A stretch of 64,000 nucleotides of DNA from Vulcanimicrobiota bacterium (GCA_963695225.1 OY968762.1:608001-672000); one strand, 5' to 3'; positions 9,907 to 19,456 are shown, counted from the stretch's first letter. Notes: generated from the letters alone by a model not told the origin. Made by a program: numbers and translations.

Positions 9907-10421
9907 TTCCCAAGCTCCGTGCGGACGAGCGCCGCGATCCGCCGCACGAGCGCGACGCGCGAGCGCGTGCCGCCCTCGATGACGATCTCGGCCTCGCGGT
10001 AATATGGCTCGCGCTCCGCCATCAACGTGCGCACGCCGGCGAGCGTCGGCTGATCCCCGACCACGGGGCGGATCGTGCGCGAGCGTCTGAGGCGCCCCAG
10101 GATCTTCTCCGGGCTGACGGCGATGTAGACGCGGACGGCGCGCCGTTCGAGCAAGGAGCGCGTCGGCGCGTGCGTCACCGCGCCTCCGCCGAGCGCGATC
10201 ACCTTTCCCGGGCCTTCGAGCGCGGCTTCCGCGGCGGCGCGCTCGTACTCGCGAAAGCGCGCCTCGCCTTCGTTCGCGAAGATCTCGTGGATCGGGCCGT
10301 GGGCCGCTGTGACGAGCGCGTCCGTGTCGACGAACTCGCACTCGAGTTCGCGCGCGAGGCTCCGTCCGAGCGTGGTTTTGCCCGCAGCCATGAAGCCCAC
10401 GAGGGCGACGTGGGCTTTCAC
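9903..10421 (-). CDS. aroK: Shikimate kinase
   Basis: GFMAAGKTT, DTD, EGEARFREYE, ALGGG; between aroC and aroB. Confidence 0.95.
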   Translation of the reverse strand: MKAHVALVGFMAAGKTTLGRSLARELECEFVDTDALVTAAHGPIHEIFANEGEARFREYERAAAEAALEGPGKVIALGGGAVTHAPTRSLLERRAVRVYIAVSPEKILGRLRRSRTIRPVVGDQPTLAGVRTLMAEREPYYREAEIVIEGGTRSRVALVRRIAALVRTELGK

Positions 10422-11584
10422 GAACCGGAGGCGGGCGTGCCGTCGAACAAGCGCGCGGCGGCGGCGACCGCGCGCTCGAAGTTGTCGCGCGTCTCCTCGA
10501 TCGAGTCGCCCCCGAACTTTTCGAGAATCGGCCCGGTCAGCGCGAGCCGGGCCATCGCTTCGCCCACGATCGAGGCCGCGGGGACGACGCAGACGTCGCT
10601 GCGCACGATCGATGCGGGCGCCGCCGTCCCCTCGTGCAGGTTCACGGATGGGAGCGCCCTCATCAGCGTCGGGATCGGCTTCACGGTGACGCGCAGGAGG
10701 ATGTCCTGCCCGTTCGAGATGCCGCCTTCAATGCCGCCGGCGCGGTTCGAACCGCGCCGCACTTCACCGTCTCGGAGCGCGAAGACATCGTGCGCCGCCG
10801 AGCCCGGGGTCGCCGCGACCTCGCGGCCTGCGCCGACTTCGACGGCCTTCACCGTCTGCATGGACATCAGCGCGCCCGCGAGGATACCGTCCAGGCGCGT
10901 CTCGGCTTGCCGGTTCGAACCGACGCCGGCGGGAACTCCCCAAATGCGGATCGCGAACGTTCCGCCGAGCGTGTCGCCCGCGGCCTTCGCGGCGTCGATC
11001 GCCGCGATCATCTCCCGTGCGGCCGCCTCGTCCGGGCAGCGGACTTCGCTCGCGTCGACGGCGGCCTGATCGAACTCGGCCGGGACGCGCGCCTGGACGC
11101 CGCCGATCTGCGAGACGTAGGCGGACGTGTGGATCCCGAGCGCTGCTAGGAATTGCGCGCAGATGGCGCCGCAGGCGACGCGCATCGCGGTCTCGCGGGC
11201 ACTTGCCCGTTCCAGAATGTTGCGGAGATCGCGTTGCCGGTACTTGAGCGCGCCCGCGTAGTCCGTGTGCCCCGGGCGCGGATTCGTCAGCGGCTTGCCG
11301 CCGCCGGTGAGCGGGTCCATCAGCGCGCGAACGTTCTCGAAATCCTGGTTGCGGACGAGGATCGCGAGCGGCGAGCCGAGCGTCTTTCCGCCGCGCAAGC
11401 CTGCGAGGAACTCGACCGTATCGGTCTCGATCTTCATCCGCCCGCCGCGTCCGTAGCCGCCTTGCCGCGCTTTGAGGGTCGCGTCGATCGCGGCGACGTC
11501 GAGCCGGAGGTTGGCCGGGAGGCCGTCGAGGATGCCGACGAGCGCGGGCCCATGGGACTCGCCGGCCGTGAGATACCGAAACAT
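10418..11584 (-). CDS. aroC: Chorismate synthase
   Basis: MFRYLTAGESHG, RPGHTD, ERASARETA, GGIEGGISNG, RSDVC. Confidence 0.97.
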   Translation of the reverse strand: MFRYLTAGESHGPALVGILDGLPANLRLDVAAIDATLKARQGGYGRGGRMKIETDTVEFLAGLRGGKTLGSPLAILVRNQDFENVRALMDPLTGGGKPLTNPRPGHTDYAGALKYRQRDLRNILERASARETAMRVACGAICAQFLAALGIHTSAYVSQIGGVQARVPAEFDQAAVDASEVRCPDEAAAREMIAAIDAAKAAGDTLGGTFAIRIWGVPAGVGSNRQAETRLDGILAGALMSMQTVKAVEVGAGREVAATPGSAAHDVFALRDGEVRRGSNRAGGIEGGISNGQDILLRVTVKPIPTLMRALPSVNLHEGTAAPASIVRSDVCVVPAASIVGEAMARLALTGPILEKFGGDSIEETRDNFERAVAAAARLFDGTPASGS

Positions 11585-11652
11585 CCCGCACGCCTTCGAC
11601 GCCGGGCGCAGCATTTCCGCGACCCGAGCGAGCGCTCCGCGACGGCAGCTCG

Positions 11653-12756
11653 ATGATCGCGCTCGGCTTCTCCGCCGCGCTGGCCCTGTGCGTCGCCGCG
11701 GGGATCGTGCTGCTGCGGGCGCGCGAGCGCGTTCCGCTGGAAGCGCGCCTGCTCGAGGCGCGGCAGGCGCACCTGCACGGCACGTTGCGGCGCTGCCTCG
11801 AGGCCGCGCGCAGCTCGCCCGAGGAGGTCCTGCGCCGCTTCTCGCAGGCCGTTCGCGAACTCGATCCGGCGATCGATGCGATCCTCTGCTTCGAACGATC
11901 CGGCGCCGCTCTCCGCTGCACGTTTGCGGAAGGCGCCGAGACGGACTTCATCCGCGATACCACCCTGCCGCTCGAGGCGGACGCGGCGCCTCCGGTCGCG
12001 GCGTTCTTGCAAGGGCATCGGATCGCGTCGCGCGGATTGCAAACGGCGCTACTCCCGACCGACCGCGCGTTCTTGGCCGTCCCGCTCTCGGACGGAGCGC
12101 GCCCGTTCGGCGCGTGCTATTGCCTCTCGCGGCGCGTCGATGCGCTCGCCGCCGAGGCGTCGATCGTCGCGCTCGCCGAACTCGCCGGCCCCGCAATCGC
12201 GCTCGCGCGCGAGCGGGCGCGCGACCGGGAACACGCCTCGCTCGACGCGCTGACCGGCTTGCTCACGCCGCGCACGCTCCGCGACCGCTTGGCGGAGCTG
12301 GACCTGCGGCCGGGGACGCTCGTCGCCCTGGCGTTCGTCGATAGCGACAACTTCAAAGCGTGCAACGACGCGCTCGGTCATGCCGCGGGCGACGCGGTGC
12401 TCAAGGAACTCGCCCGCATCCTGCGCGCCGCCGCCGGTCCCGGGGCGCTCGTCGCGCGCAACGGCGGAGACGAGTTCTGCATCCTGTTCGCCGGCCTCCC
12501 GAAGTCCGATGCGATCCACCGGGCGGAAGCCGTTCGCGCGGCGGTCGAGCGGCACGCGTTCGAACCGGTACTCGCCGGGCGCACCCCATCCCGCCCGATC
12601 ACCGCAAGCATCGGCCTCGCAGGCTTTCCCGACGACGCCGCATCCGCGGGCGAACTCCTCGAGCGCGCAGACGCCGCGATGTACCACAGCAAACGCGCCG
12701 GACGGAATCGCGTCTCCTTCTACGCCGCGAGCGGCGAATTGTGCACGTTGCGGTAG
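11653..12756 (+). CDS. Membrane-anchored GAF-like/GGDEF diguanylate cyclase
   Basis: N-terminal TM; DALTGL, DSDNFKACNDALGHAAGD, RNGGDEF, ADAAMYHSKRAGRNRV. Confidence 0.9.
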   Translation: MIALGFSAALALCVAAGIVLLRARERVPLEARLLEARQAHLHGTLRRCLEAARSSPEEVLRRFSQAVRELDPAIDAILCFERSGAALRCTFAEGAETDFIRDTTLPLEADAAPPVAAFLQGHRIASRGLQTALLPTDRAFLAVPLSDGARPFGACYCLSRRVDALAAEASIVALAELAGPAIALARERARDREHASLDALTGLLTPRTLRDRLAELDLRPGTLVALAFVDSDNFKACNDALGHAAGDAVLKELARILRAAAGPGALVARNGGDEFCILFAGLPKSDAIHRAEAVRAAVERHAFEPVLAGRTPSRPITASIGLAGFPDDAASAGELLERADAAMYHSKRAGRNRVSFYAASGELCTLR

Positions 12757-12759
12757 GTG

Positions 12760-13305
12760 CTACCGTCCGTTCGGGTAGAGGACGACGGAGAGCGAAGATA
12801 GCGCCGCCTTCGCGTCCTTGTCGTCGGCGTCGCCGAGGTGCGCTGTGTACGAGACGACGATGCTGCGGCGGCCGTCGAACAAGACGTATTCGTAGCGCTC
12901 GTAGATGTGGCCGAGCTCCTGGCCGTAGGATACGCGCTGCCACCAGGCGGGCATGCCGTTCGGCAGGACGACGCGGGCCTTGTGATCGATGAACGCGTGG
13001 TCGAACTGCGTGCGCAGCTCGCTCGCGTGGACGTCGGCGACGGAATCGAACGTCCCGTCGAACCTGCCGACTTCTATCGCGATCGTTCGCTGGCCGTATT
13101 GCCCCCGATCCTTCGCGAAGATCGCGACGGGGTGCAAGGAATCCTCGGTCGCGCTGGGCGTGAACCGGACGCGCTCCCAGCCCGGCGGCGGCGCGAAGTG
13201 CATCGCCGGGTCGTCGTAGGAGAGCGCGTCGGCGGGTTCTGCGGCGGCGGCGAACCCACGGGTTGCGAAGGCGAACGCGCAGAGCGCGAAAGTCGAGCGT
13301 TTCAT
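12760..13305 (-). CDS. Secreted hypothetical protein
   Basis: Signal-peptide-like N-terminus MKRSTFALCAFAFA; ATG overlaps esterase stop; non-shadow amino-acid composition. Confidence 0.7.
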   Translation of the reverse strand: MKRSTFALCAFAFATRGFAAAAEPADALSYDDPAMHFAPPPGWERVRFTPSATEDSLHPVAIFAKDRGQYGQRTIAIEVGRFDGTFDSVADVHASELRTQFDHAFIDHKARVVLPNGMPAWWQRVSYGQELGHIYERYEYVLFDGRRSIVVSYTAHLGDADDKDAKAALSSLSVVLYPNGR

Positions 13306-14339
13306 TCTCGGTCGAGGACCTCCGCGAGCGCGGGGAGCGAGACGGCGTGGCGATACCCGATGTTCCGGTGGTCGTCGTCGAACTCTTCGTGCCGAACGGC
13401 GAGCCCGAGCTCGCGCATCCGCGCGACGAGGACGCGCGCCCCGATATCGAGCGCGTACTCGTCGCGGCGGCCGCAATCGACGTAGCGCAGGCGCAGGCGG
13501 CCGAGTTCGGCCCCTCGCGCGCGGCAGCGCTCGGCGGGATCGAAGGCGATCCAGCGCGCGAAGACGTCGTCGCGGACTTCTCCGGTCTTGGGATCGAACG
13601 GCAGGTCGAAAGCGAACGCGCGCGCCCCGGTGGGCGAATATGCAGCAGCGTAGCCCAGCATCTCGATCGTCGCGTACTCGGCGGCCGAACGCTTCGGCTT
13701 CGCTTCGAATGCCGCGACGAACGCCGCGAGGTCGCCGCCGTGCGCTTCGAGCGTCCGCTGCGCGAGCGTAAACGCCGGAACGAACGCCGCCCGGAAATGC
13801 GCGTCGCCGCTGTGCGAAGCGAACGCGCAGAAGACGCCGGGATGCTCCATCGGCAAGTGCAGCGCGGCGAACCCTCCGGTGGACTTGCCGAAGATCGCGC
13901 GGCCGCCCTCGCGGGCGAGCGTCGGATACGTCCGGTCGACGTGCCCGACCGCATCGCGCACGAAATAGGTCGCGTAGGCGCCGTTGTGGATCGAATCGAC
14001 GTACTGCGAGCCGCCGAGGCGCGTGAATCCGTCCACGAGCGCAAGGATCACGGGCGGCATCTTCCCTTCCGCAATCAAGCGGTCGGCCCACTGCACGACG
14101 TTGCGCTCCCAGGGACGGGTCGAGAGCAGCGCGGCCACGTCGCCCGTGTAGCCGTGCGCGCAATAGAGCACGCCGTACCGGCGCGAAGCGCCGGGGTCGA
14201 AGCCGGGCGGAAGGTAGATCCCAAGCGGCCGGCTCGCGGGATCGCCGAGCGGGTTGTTCGCCAGCGCCGGCGAGTCGACCCAATCGATGCGCAGATCGCC
14301 GCGCAGGCCCAGTAGGCGCGCGAGTTCGGAGGAAGCCAT
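13302..14339 (-). CDS. Alpha/beta-hydrolase, putative esterase (enterochelin esterase-like)
   Basis: NPLGDP...IYLPPG, GKSTGG nucleophile elbow, DCGRRDE, C-terminal DDDH. Confidence 0.85.
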   Translation of the reverse strand: MASSELARLLGLRGDLRIDWVDSPALANNPLGDPASRPLGIYLPPGFDPGASRRYGVLYCAHGYTGDVAALLSTRPWERNVVQWADRLIAEGKMPPVILALVDGFTRLGGSQYVDSIHNGAYATYFVRDAVGHVDRTYPTLAREGGRAIFGKSTGGFAALHLPMEHPGVFCAFASHSGDAHFRAAFVPAFTLAQRTLEAHGGDLAAFVAAFEAKPKRSAAEYATIEMLGYAAAYSPTGARAFAFDLPFDPKTGEVRDDVFARWIAFDPAERCRARGAELGRLRLRYVDCGRRDEYALDIGARVLVARMRELGLAVRHEEFDDDHRNIGYRHAVSLPALAEVLDRE

Positions 14340-14414
14340 CGAGGTTCTGTGCGCGGCGCGAGCCCCGGACCCTGCCGCGAGGGCTCGCACCTCCCCGTTC
14401 GGAACAGGCGGACG

Positions 14415-17400
14415 ATGATACGCGGCGTGGACCTGCGCGGAGCGCTCGCGATCAACGCGATCTCGATGATCGGGATCGGGCCGTTGATCACCATTCCGCT
14501 CGTGCTGATGAACCTGCACGGCCCGCTCTCGCTCGCCGGCTGGATCCTCGGCGCGTTCCTCGCGCTCTGCGACGGCCTCGTCTGGGCCGAGCTCGGCTCC
14601 CGCCTCCCCGGTTCCGGCGGAACCTACGGCTTCTTGCGCGAGGCGTTCGGGCGGGCCGGCCTCGGCAAGATGCTCGCGTTCCTGTTCGCTTGGCAGACGC
14701 TCTTCTCGGCGCCGCTCAACCTCGCGACCGGCTACATCGGCTTCTCGAATTACGCGAGCTTCCTCTTTCCGGCCCTCGCCCGGCACCACGAATGGCAGGG
14801 GTGGCTCGCCGTGCTGGTCGGGCTCGCGACGATCGCGCTGCTCTACCGTCACATCGGGAACGTCGCGAAGATCAGCGTGATCTTCGGCCTCGTCGCGGTC
14901 GCCACGCTCGTCCTCGTCGCGGCCGCGGCCTACGGACATTTCGATGCGGCCCGCGCGTTCACGATCGAACGCGGCGAGGGCTTCGGACCCGGCTTCCTCG
15001 CCGGGCTCGGCTCGGCGATGGTCATCACGATGTACGACTATCTCGGCTACAATCAGGCCGCCACCATCGGCGATGAAGTCCGCAACCCCGCGAGGACTTT
15101 GCCGCGCGCTATCGTCGGCTCGATCCTCGTCGTAGCCGCGCTGTACCTCGCGCTGCAGGTCGGCGTGCTCGGCGCGCTGTCGTGGCACGAACTCGTTCCC
15201 GCGGCCCCCGGCGCGGCGGCCCCGGCGGAGGCGCAATTCGTCGCATCGACCGTCGTCCAGCGCAGTTGGGGCCCCGCGGCCGCGGGCCTCCTCACGATCG
15301 CGATCCTGATCACGGCCTTCGCGTCGACGTTCGGCTGCTTGCTCGGATATTCGCGCATCCCGTACGCAGCCGCCCTCGACGGCGTCTTTCTCGCGCCGTT
15401 CGCGCGCTTGCACCCGAAGGGGCACTTCCCATACGTTTCGTTGCTGGCGATCGGGCTGCTCGCGCTCCCCGCGTGTTTCGTCTCGCTCGACATGGTGATC
15501 TCGGCCTTGACGACGGGCATGGTCATCATCCAGAGCTTCGGCGGGATCGCGGCGCTCTTCGCGCTGCGCGCGCGCAAGGGCGAGCAGCCGCGCTCCGAGT
15601 GGTACCGGATGTGGCTCTATCCGGTACCGGCGCTGATCGCGATCGGGGGGTGGACGGCGATCTTCTTCTCCGCCGGGCCGGTCGCGATCGCGTTCGGCCT
15701 CGGCACGCTCGCGGCCGGAAGCGCGGCCTACCTGCTTTGGGCGCGCGGCGCCGCCGCCTGGCCGTTTGCTGCGAGCGCCGCCGCACTCGTGCTGGCGCTG
15801 CTCGCCGCACCGCCGGCCGCCTCCGCGGCGCCGCTCGCAGGCTTCACGAGCAGCGCGATCGTCGAGCGCGACGGAAACCCCGTCTTCACCGTCGACGGGA
15901 AACCGTTCTTCGTCTACGGCGCGGCGTTCTTCTACGAGCGGCTCCCGCGCTCGCAGTGGTCCGCCTCGATGCGCGAGTTGCGGCGCATGGGAATCAATAC
16001 GCTCGACCTCTACGTGATGTGGAATTGGCACGAGCTCGCCGACGGCGATTTCGATTTCGACGGCCGGACGAGCCCGCGGCGCGATCTGCACGAGGTGCTG
16101 CGGCTCGCCCGCGACTACGGCTTCAAGCTGGTCGTTCGCCCCGGCCCCGTCGTTCGCAACGAATGGCGCAACGGCGGGTACCCCGCATGGCTGCTCGAGC
16201 GCCCCGAATACGGGATGCCGCTGCACGATCTCCTGGAAGGGCGGTATCCGCCGACCGCGACGTTGCAGAACGCTCATTCGGACGCCGCCGCGGCGGAATG
16301 GCTCGCGAACGGCACGCACCTGCGCTATGCGAAACGCTGGCTCGAGCGGGTGCTCGCCGAGTTCGCACCGGTTGCCGATCGCGTGATCGCCGTCCAACTC
16401 GACGACGATCAGGGCGCCTACATCGATAACGACACCTGGCCCGCACCGCACTTGCGCGCCTACCTCGAGTGGTTGCGCGACGTCGTGCACGGCGTGACGG
16501 GCCCCTCGCTTCCTACGTTCATCAACACTTACCAGATGAAGGTTACGGCGTCGTCGCCCGTCTGGGCGTGGGGGAATTGGTATCAGAGCGACGCGTATGC
16601 GATCGGCGAGCACGATCGCGCGCAGCTCGAGTTCTCGACCGGGCTGCTCGGAACGCAACGCGACCGCCCCGTGATGGTCGGCGAGTTCCAGGCTGGCTGG
16701 TTGCAACAGCCCGACGACATCTATCCGCGCCCGTCCGATCCTTCGAACACGTTGCTCGCGCTCCATACGATGCTCGCGCAGAACGCGCGCGGCATCGTCA
16801 ATTTCCCGGCGCAGGATACGCTCGCGCCGGCCGGGATGGAGGCGCCCTTCTCCAACGCGTTCTACGCGTGGGATGCGGCGCTGACGATCGACGGGCGTGC
16901 GAGCCCGCGCTACGCCCCGGTCGCGCGTTTCGGCAATCTCGTCGCCGCGTACGGAAGCGCGCTCGCGGCGTCTCGCACCGTCCCGGACGCGGCGATCGTC
17001 TATGCGACGAGCGCGCTCGACGAAACGCGCGTCACGAACGCCGTCATCGCCGAGATCGCCGCTGCGACGCTCGAAGCGCAACGCGCGTGCCGGCACGAAG
17101 GGCTCGCCTGCGACCTCATCGATTTGCGCGCGATCGACGCGGCGGCGCTCGCACGCTATCCGATCGTCTTCTTCCCGTTGCCGCAAAGCGTGACGGCGGA
17201 TCCGAGCCTGCTTTTCGCGCCGGGCGTCGCGAAGCTCGCTGCATATGCGAGCCGCGGCGGCTACGTCGAGCGCGCGCTCCCGGATGGGCCGGCCGTCGCG
17301 CGCGCGCTCGCGGCGACACATCGGCGCCGCGTCGTCGAAGGCTTGCCGGGCGCCGTCTTCGCGCGGAGCGGCGACCCGGCGTTCGCGGGATTCCTGATCG

Positions 17401-18545
17401 CGACGAACTACGAAAGTGCGCCCGTCGAATATGCGAACGTGCGCGTCCAGGTGACGCCGCAAGAAGCCGTGACGCTCCCCCGGATCGCGCTCGGCGCGCG
17501 CGATGCAACGACCATCCCGATACGCAACGCGCTCGCTCCTAGCCCTGAACCTTCGCAAGGGCAGCCCTCGCCTTCGGCGGGCCTCGCCGGCGCGGGTGAC
17601 GGCGTGCCGTTGCGCGCCGATGCCCGGCTCGCAGTTGCCGGTGCGCCGCACGGCGCAGTTCCCGCGGGACGGGCTATCGTTTACGCCGCCGACCTCTTCG
17701 AAGACGGCAAGCCCGTCTTCGTCCTGCAGAATGCGCTCGTCCGGCTCGTCGTTTCGCCGGCGGCGGGCGCGCGTTCGTTCGTCTTCGAGGATCTCGCGAC
17801 GCACGAAAGTGCGTTCACGAGCACCGGCGCGTTCCGCGACGACGTCGCGATCGAGCCCCCGCTTTCCACGACGGATCGCATCGCGAAATACACGCACGAT
17901 TTCCCCGCGGGAACGTTCAATCGCGACTACGGTTGCGCACCGCTCCCCGTCGCTTCGCAAGAGGCGGCGCTGCGCTGCACGTACGACGCGCCCGACGCCC
18001 TCCCGCACGGCGCTCGCTTCGAGCGCACGTTGCGGCTGCCAGCCGACACGCGCGCCGTCGCGGTCGAGGAACGCGCCGCGTTCGCCGGGACCGCGGAGGA
18101 ACGCGCGGGGCAGCACGCGGTCACGGTCAGCTCGCTCGCCGCCGGAGACGCGCGCGCCATGGCGACGCAGATCGTCCTGGCACCGGAACCCGAGCCGTTC
18201 GCGGCGCTGACGGCGCGCCGGGTCGGCCACGGCAACGCGCTCGGACTCTACGATCCGCCGAGCCGGCGCTTCGTCGCCGTCGTCTGGCACCCGGGCGACG
18301 TCGTCGATGCGTCGATCCTCGAGCGCCGGCACTCCATCGTCGTCCGGCTGACCCGCGTCGACGGCTTTCCCGCTCATACGTGGTACGTCCAGGGCCATGC
18401 ACCGTCGCTCGATGCTGCCCGCGCCGAACTCGCCGCCCTCGCGGCCGGAGCGTCGCAAGGGGCGGGTCACCCCGCCGCGAACTTCCGGCGTCCTAGGGGA
18501 AGTGGCGGAACGGTAGACGCAGTCGCCTCAAAAGCGACCGGGTGA
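14415..18545 (+). CDS. APC-family permease fused to GH35-like glycoside hydrolase and further C-terminal domains
   Basis: ~450 aa multi-TM APC region (IGIGP, AELGSRLPGSGG, GDEVRNP, SRIPYAAALDG) continuous in frame with GH35 motifs (GINTLDLYVMWNWHE, RPGP..NEWRNGGYPAW, GEFQAGW). Confidence 0.85.
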   Translation: MIRGVDLRGALAINAISMIGIGPLITIPLVLMNLHGPLSLAGWILGAFLALCDGLVWAELGSRLPGSGGTYGFLREAFGRAGLGKMLAFLFAWQTLFSAPLNLATGYIGFSNYASFLFPALARHHEWQGWLAVLVGLATIALLYRHIGNVAKISVIFGLVAVATLVLVAAAAYGHFDAARAFTIERGEGFGPGFLAGLGSAMVITMYDYLGYNQAATIGDEVRNPARTLPRAIVGSILVVAALYLALQVGVLGALSWHELVPAAPGAAAPAEAQFVASTVVQRSWGPAAAGLLTIAILITAFASTFGCLLGYSRIPYAAALDGVFLAPFARLHPKGHFPYVSLLAIGLLALPACFVSLDMVISALTTGMVIIQSFGGIAALFALRARKGEQPRSEWYRMWLYPVPALIAIGGWTAIFFSAGPVAIAFGLGTLAAGSAAYLLWARGAAAWPFAASAAALVLALLAAPPAASAAPLAGFTSSAIVERDGNPVFTVDGKPFFVYGAAFFYERLPRSQWSASMRELRRMGINTLDLYVMWNWHELADGDFDFDGRTSPRRDLHEVLRLARDYGFKLVVRPGPVVRNEWRNGGYPAWLLERPEYGMPLHDLLEGRYPPTATLQNAHSDAAAAEWLANGTHLRYAKRWLERVLAEFAPVADRVIAVQLDDDQGAYIDNDTWPAPHLRAYLEWLRDVVHGVTGPSLPTFINTYQMKVTASSPVWAWGNWYQSDAYAIGEHDRAQLEFSTGLLGTQRDRPVMVGEFQAGWLQQPDDIYPRPSDPSNTLLALHTMLAQNARGIVNFPAQDTLAPAGMEAPFSNAFYAWDAALTIDGRASPRYAPVARFGNLVAAYGSALAASRTVPDAAIVYATSALDETRVTNAVIAEIAAATLEAQRACRHEGLACDLIDLRAIDAAALARYPIVFFPLPQSVTADPSLLFAPGVAKLAAYASRGGYVERALPDGPAVARALAATHRRRVVEGLPGAVFARSGDPAFAGFLIATNYESAPVEYANVRVQVTPQEAVTLPRIALGARDATTIPIRNALAPSPEPSQGQPSPSAGLAGAGDGVPLRADARLAVAGAPHGAVPAGRAIVYAADLFEDGKPVFVLQNALVRLVVSPAAGARSFVFEDLATHESAFTSTGAFRDDVAIEPPLSTTDRIAKYTHDFPAGTFNRDYGCAPLPVASQEAALRCTYDAPDALPHGARFERTLRLPADTRAVAVEERAAFAGTAEERAGQHAVTVSSLAAGDARAMATQIVLAPEPEPFAALTARRVGHGNALGLYDPPSRRFVAVVWHPGDVVDASILERRHSIVVRLTRVDGFPAHTWYVQGHAPSLDAARAELAALAAGASQGAGHPAANFRRPRGSGGTVDAVASKATG

Positions 18546-18578
18546 ACGCTCGTGTGGGTTCAAATCCCACCTTCCCCA
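18496..18578 (+). tRNA. tRNA-Leu (anticodon CAA)
   Basis: GGGGAAG/CTTCCCC acceptor stem, GTCGC-CTCAAAA-GCGAC anticodon arm, long variable arm, GTGGG-TTCAAAT-CCCAC T arm; CCA not encoded. Confidence 0.95.
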
Positions 18579-18587
18579 TAAAGAGAG

Positions 18588-18608
18588 GCCCGTATTAGCG
18601 GGCTTTTT
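18588..18608 (+). terminator. Rho-independent terminator after tRNA-Leu
   Basis: GCCCG-tattag-CGGGC followed by TTTTT. Confidence 0.7.
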
Positions 18609-18626
18609 CGTTGCTTGCAGCCCTTC

Positions 18627-18653
18627 TTGACTGTATATCTGTTCTGATATAAA
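18627..18653 (+). promoter_or_regulatory. TA operon promoter with overlapping palindromic operator
   Basis: TTGACT ... TATAAA with TATATC-N6-GATATA inverted repeat (18634-18651), 8 nt before the toxin ATG. Confidence 0.6.
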
Positions 18654-18661
18654 GTGACCTC

Positions 18662-19013
18662 ATGGACGCGGAAGTCGTATGGGTCGGCTCAACCAGGGCG
18701 GACTTGGTAGCGGCTTCGGCTTCCGTTCGTCAAACGATGGGCTCAGCGATCCGCACCGCGCAGCAGGGCGGAATGTCCACCGATGCCGAGCCGATGAAGG
18801 GCGACCTCCGGGAGGTCATAGAGGTTCGCGACCGCGACGAGGACGGCATCTATCGCCTCATGCTACACGACAAGAATCGGCGACGTGGTTTACGTCCTCG
18901 ACTTCTTCCAGAAGAAAGGCGTCGCCGGAGGGGCGACGCCCAAAGTCGACCTGGACCGAATTCGCCTCCGCCTCAAAAGGGCAAGGGAACATCATCATGC
19001 AGCACGATCCTGA
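18662..19013 (+). pseudogene. RelE/HigB (Gp49-like) toxin, frameshifted
   Basis: WVGSTRADL...EVRDRDEDGIYRLM, then one extra base near 18863; the shifted frame continues YTTRIGDVVYVLDFFQKKG...TPKVDLDRIRLRLKRA to TGA 19013. Confidence 0.8.
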
Positions 19014-19332
19014 CGTGACCTTCGAGCGCAGCTCGGGGAACGTCTTTGCCGACCTCGGCCTCGAGAACTCCGACGAGTTGCTCGTGAAGGCTGATCTCGC
19101 GCATGCAGTCATGGCGACGATCCGGGAACAGCACTGGACCCAGGTCGAGGCCGCAGCGCGCACCGGACTGACGCAGCCTGAGGTGTCCTTGCTTGGGCGG
19201 ATGAAACTGGATCGTTTCTCGCAAGAGCGCTTGCAGACGGTTCTGCGCCGGCTTGGCACGGATGTCGAGATCACCCTGCATCCGCGCGAGAACGGCGGGA
19301 TCGGCACCCTGAAGGTCCGCGACCTCGTCTAG
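18997..19332 (+). CDS. XRE-family HTH antitoxin (HigA-like)
   Basis: SSGNVFADLGL, WTQVEAAARTGLTQPEVSLL HTH; overlaps toxin 3' end. Confidence 0.9.
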   Translation: MQHDPDVTFERSSGNVFADLGLENSDELLVKADLAHAVMATIREQHWTQVEAAARTGLTQPEVSLLGRMKLDRFSQERLQTVLRRLGTDVEITLHPRENGGIGTLKVRDLV

Positions 19333-19412
19333 GCGGCTCGCCGCGCAAACCCGCGGGCGCCCCTCGCGTGATAAACTCAGAGCGGGTGACAGCCTGCGAG
19401 CCTCGCAAGGGC

Positions 19413-19456
19413 AACCGCATGGCAGAGGGGGAGCGATCCGCCTCTGCCATGCGGTT
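19413..19456. repeat. Perfect 16-bp inverted repeat hairpin with GCGA tetraloop
   Basis: AACCGCATGGCAGAGG ... CCTCTGCCATGCGGTT enclosing G-GGA-GCGA-TCC-G. Confidence 0.85.

Noticed and set aside
14340..18470. Upstream part of the 1722-aa minus-strand ORF 13302..18470
   Set aside because: Antisense shadow of the APC-GH35 gene in high-GC DNA; only the last 345 aa (esterase) look like real protein
18662..19018. 118-aa intact toxin as given by the ORF track
   Set aside because: C-terminal half is out of frame; the conserved toxin residues lie in the shifted frame
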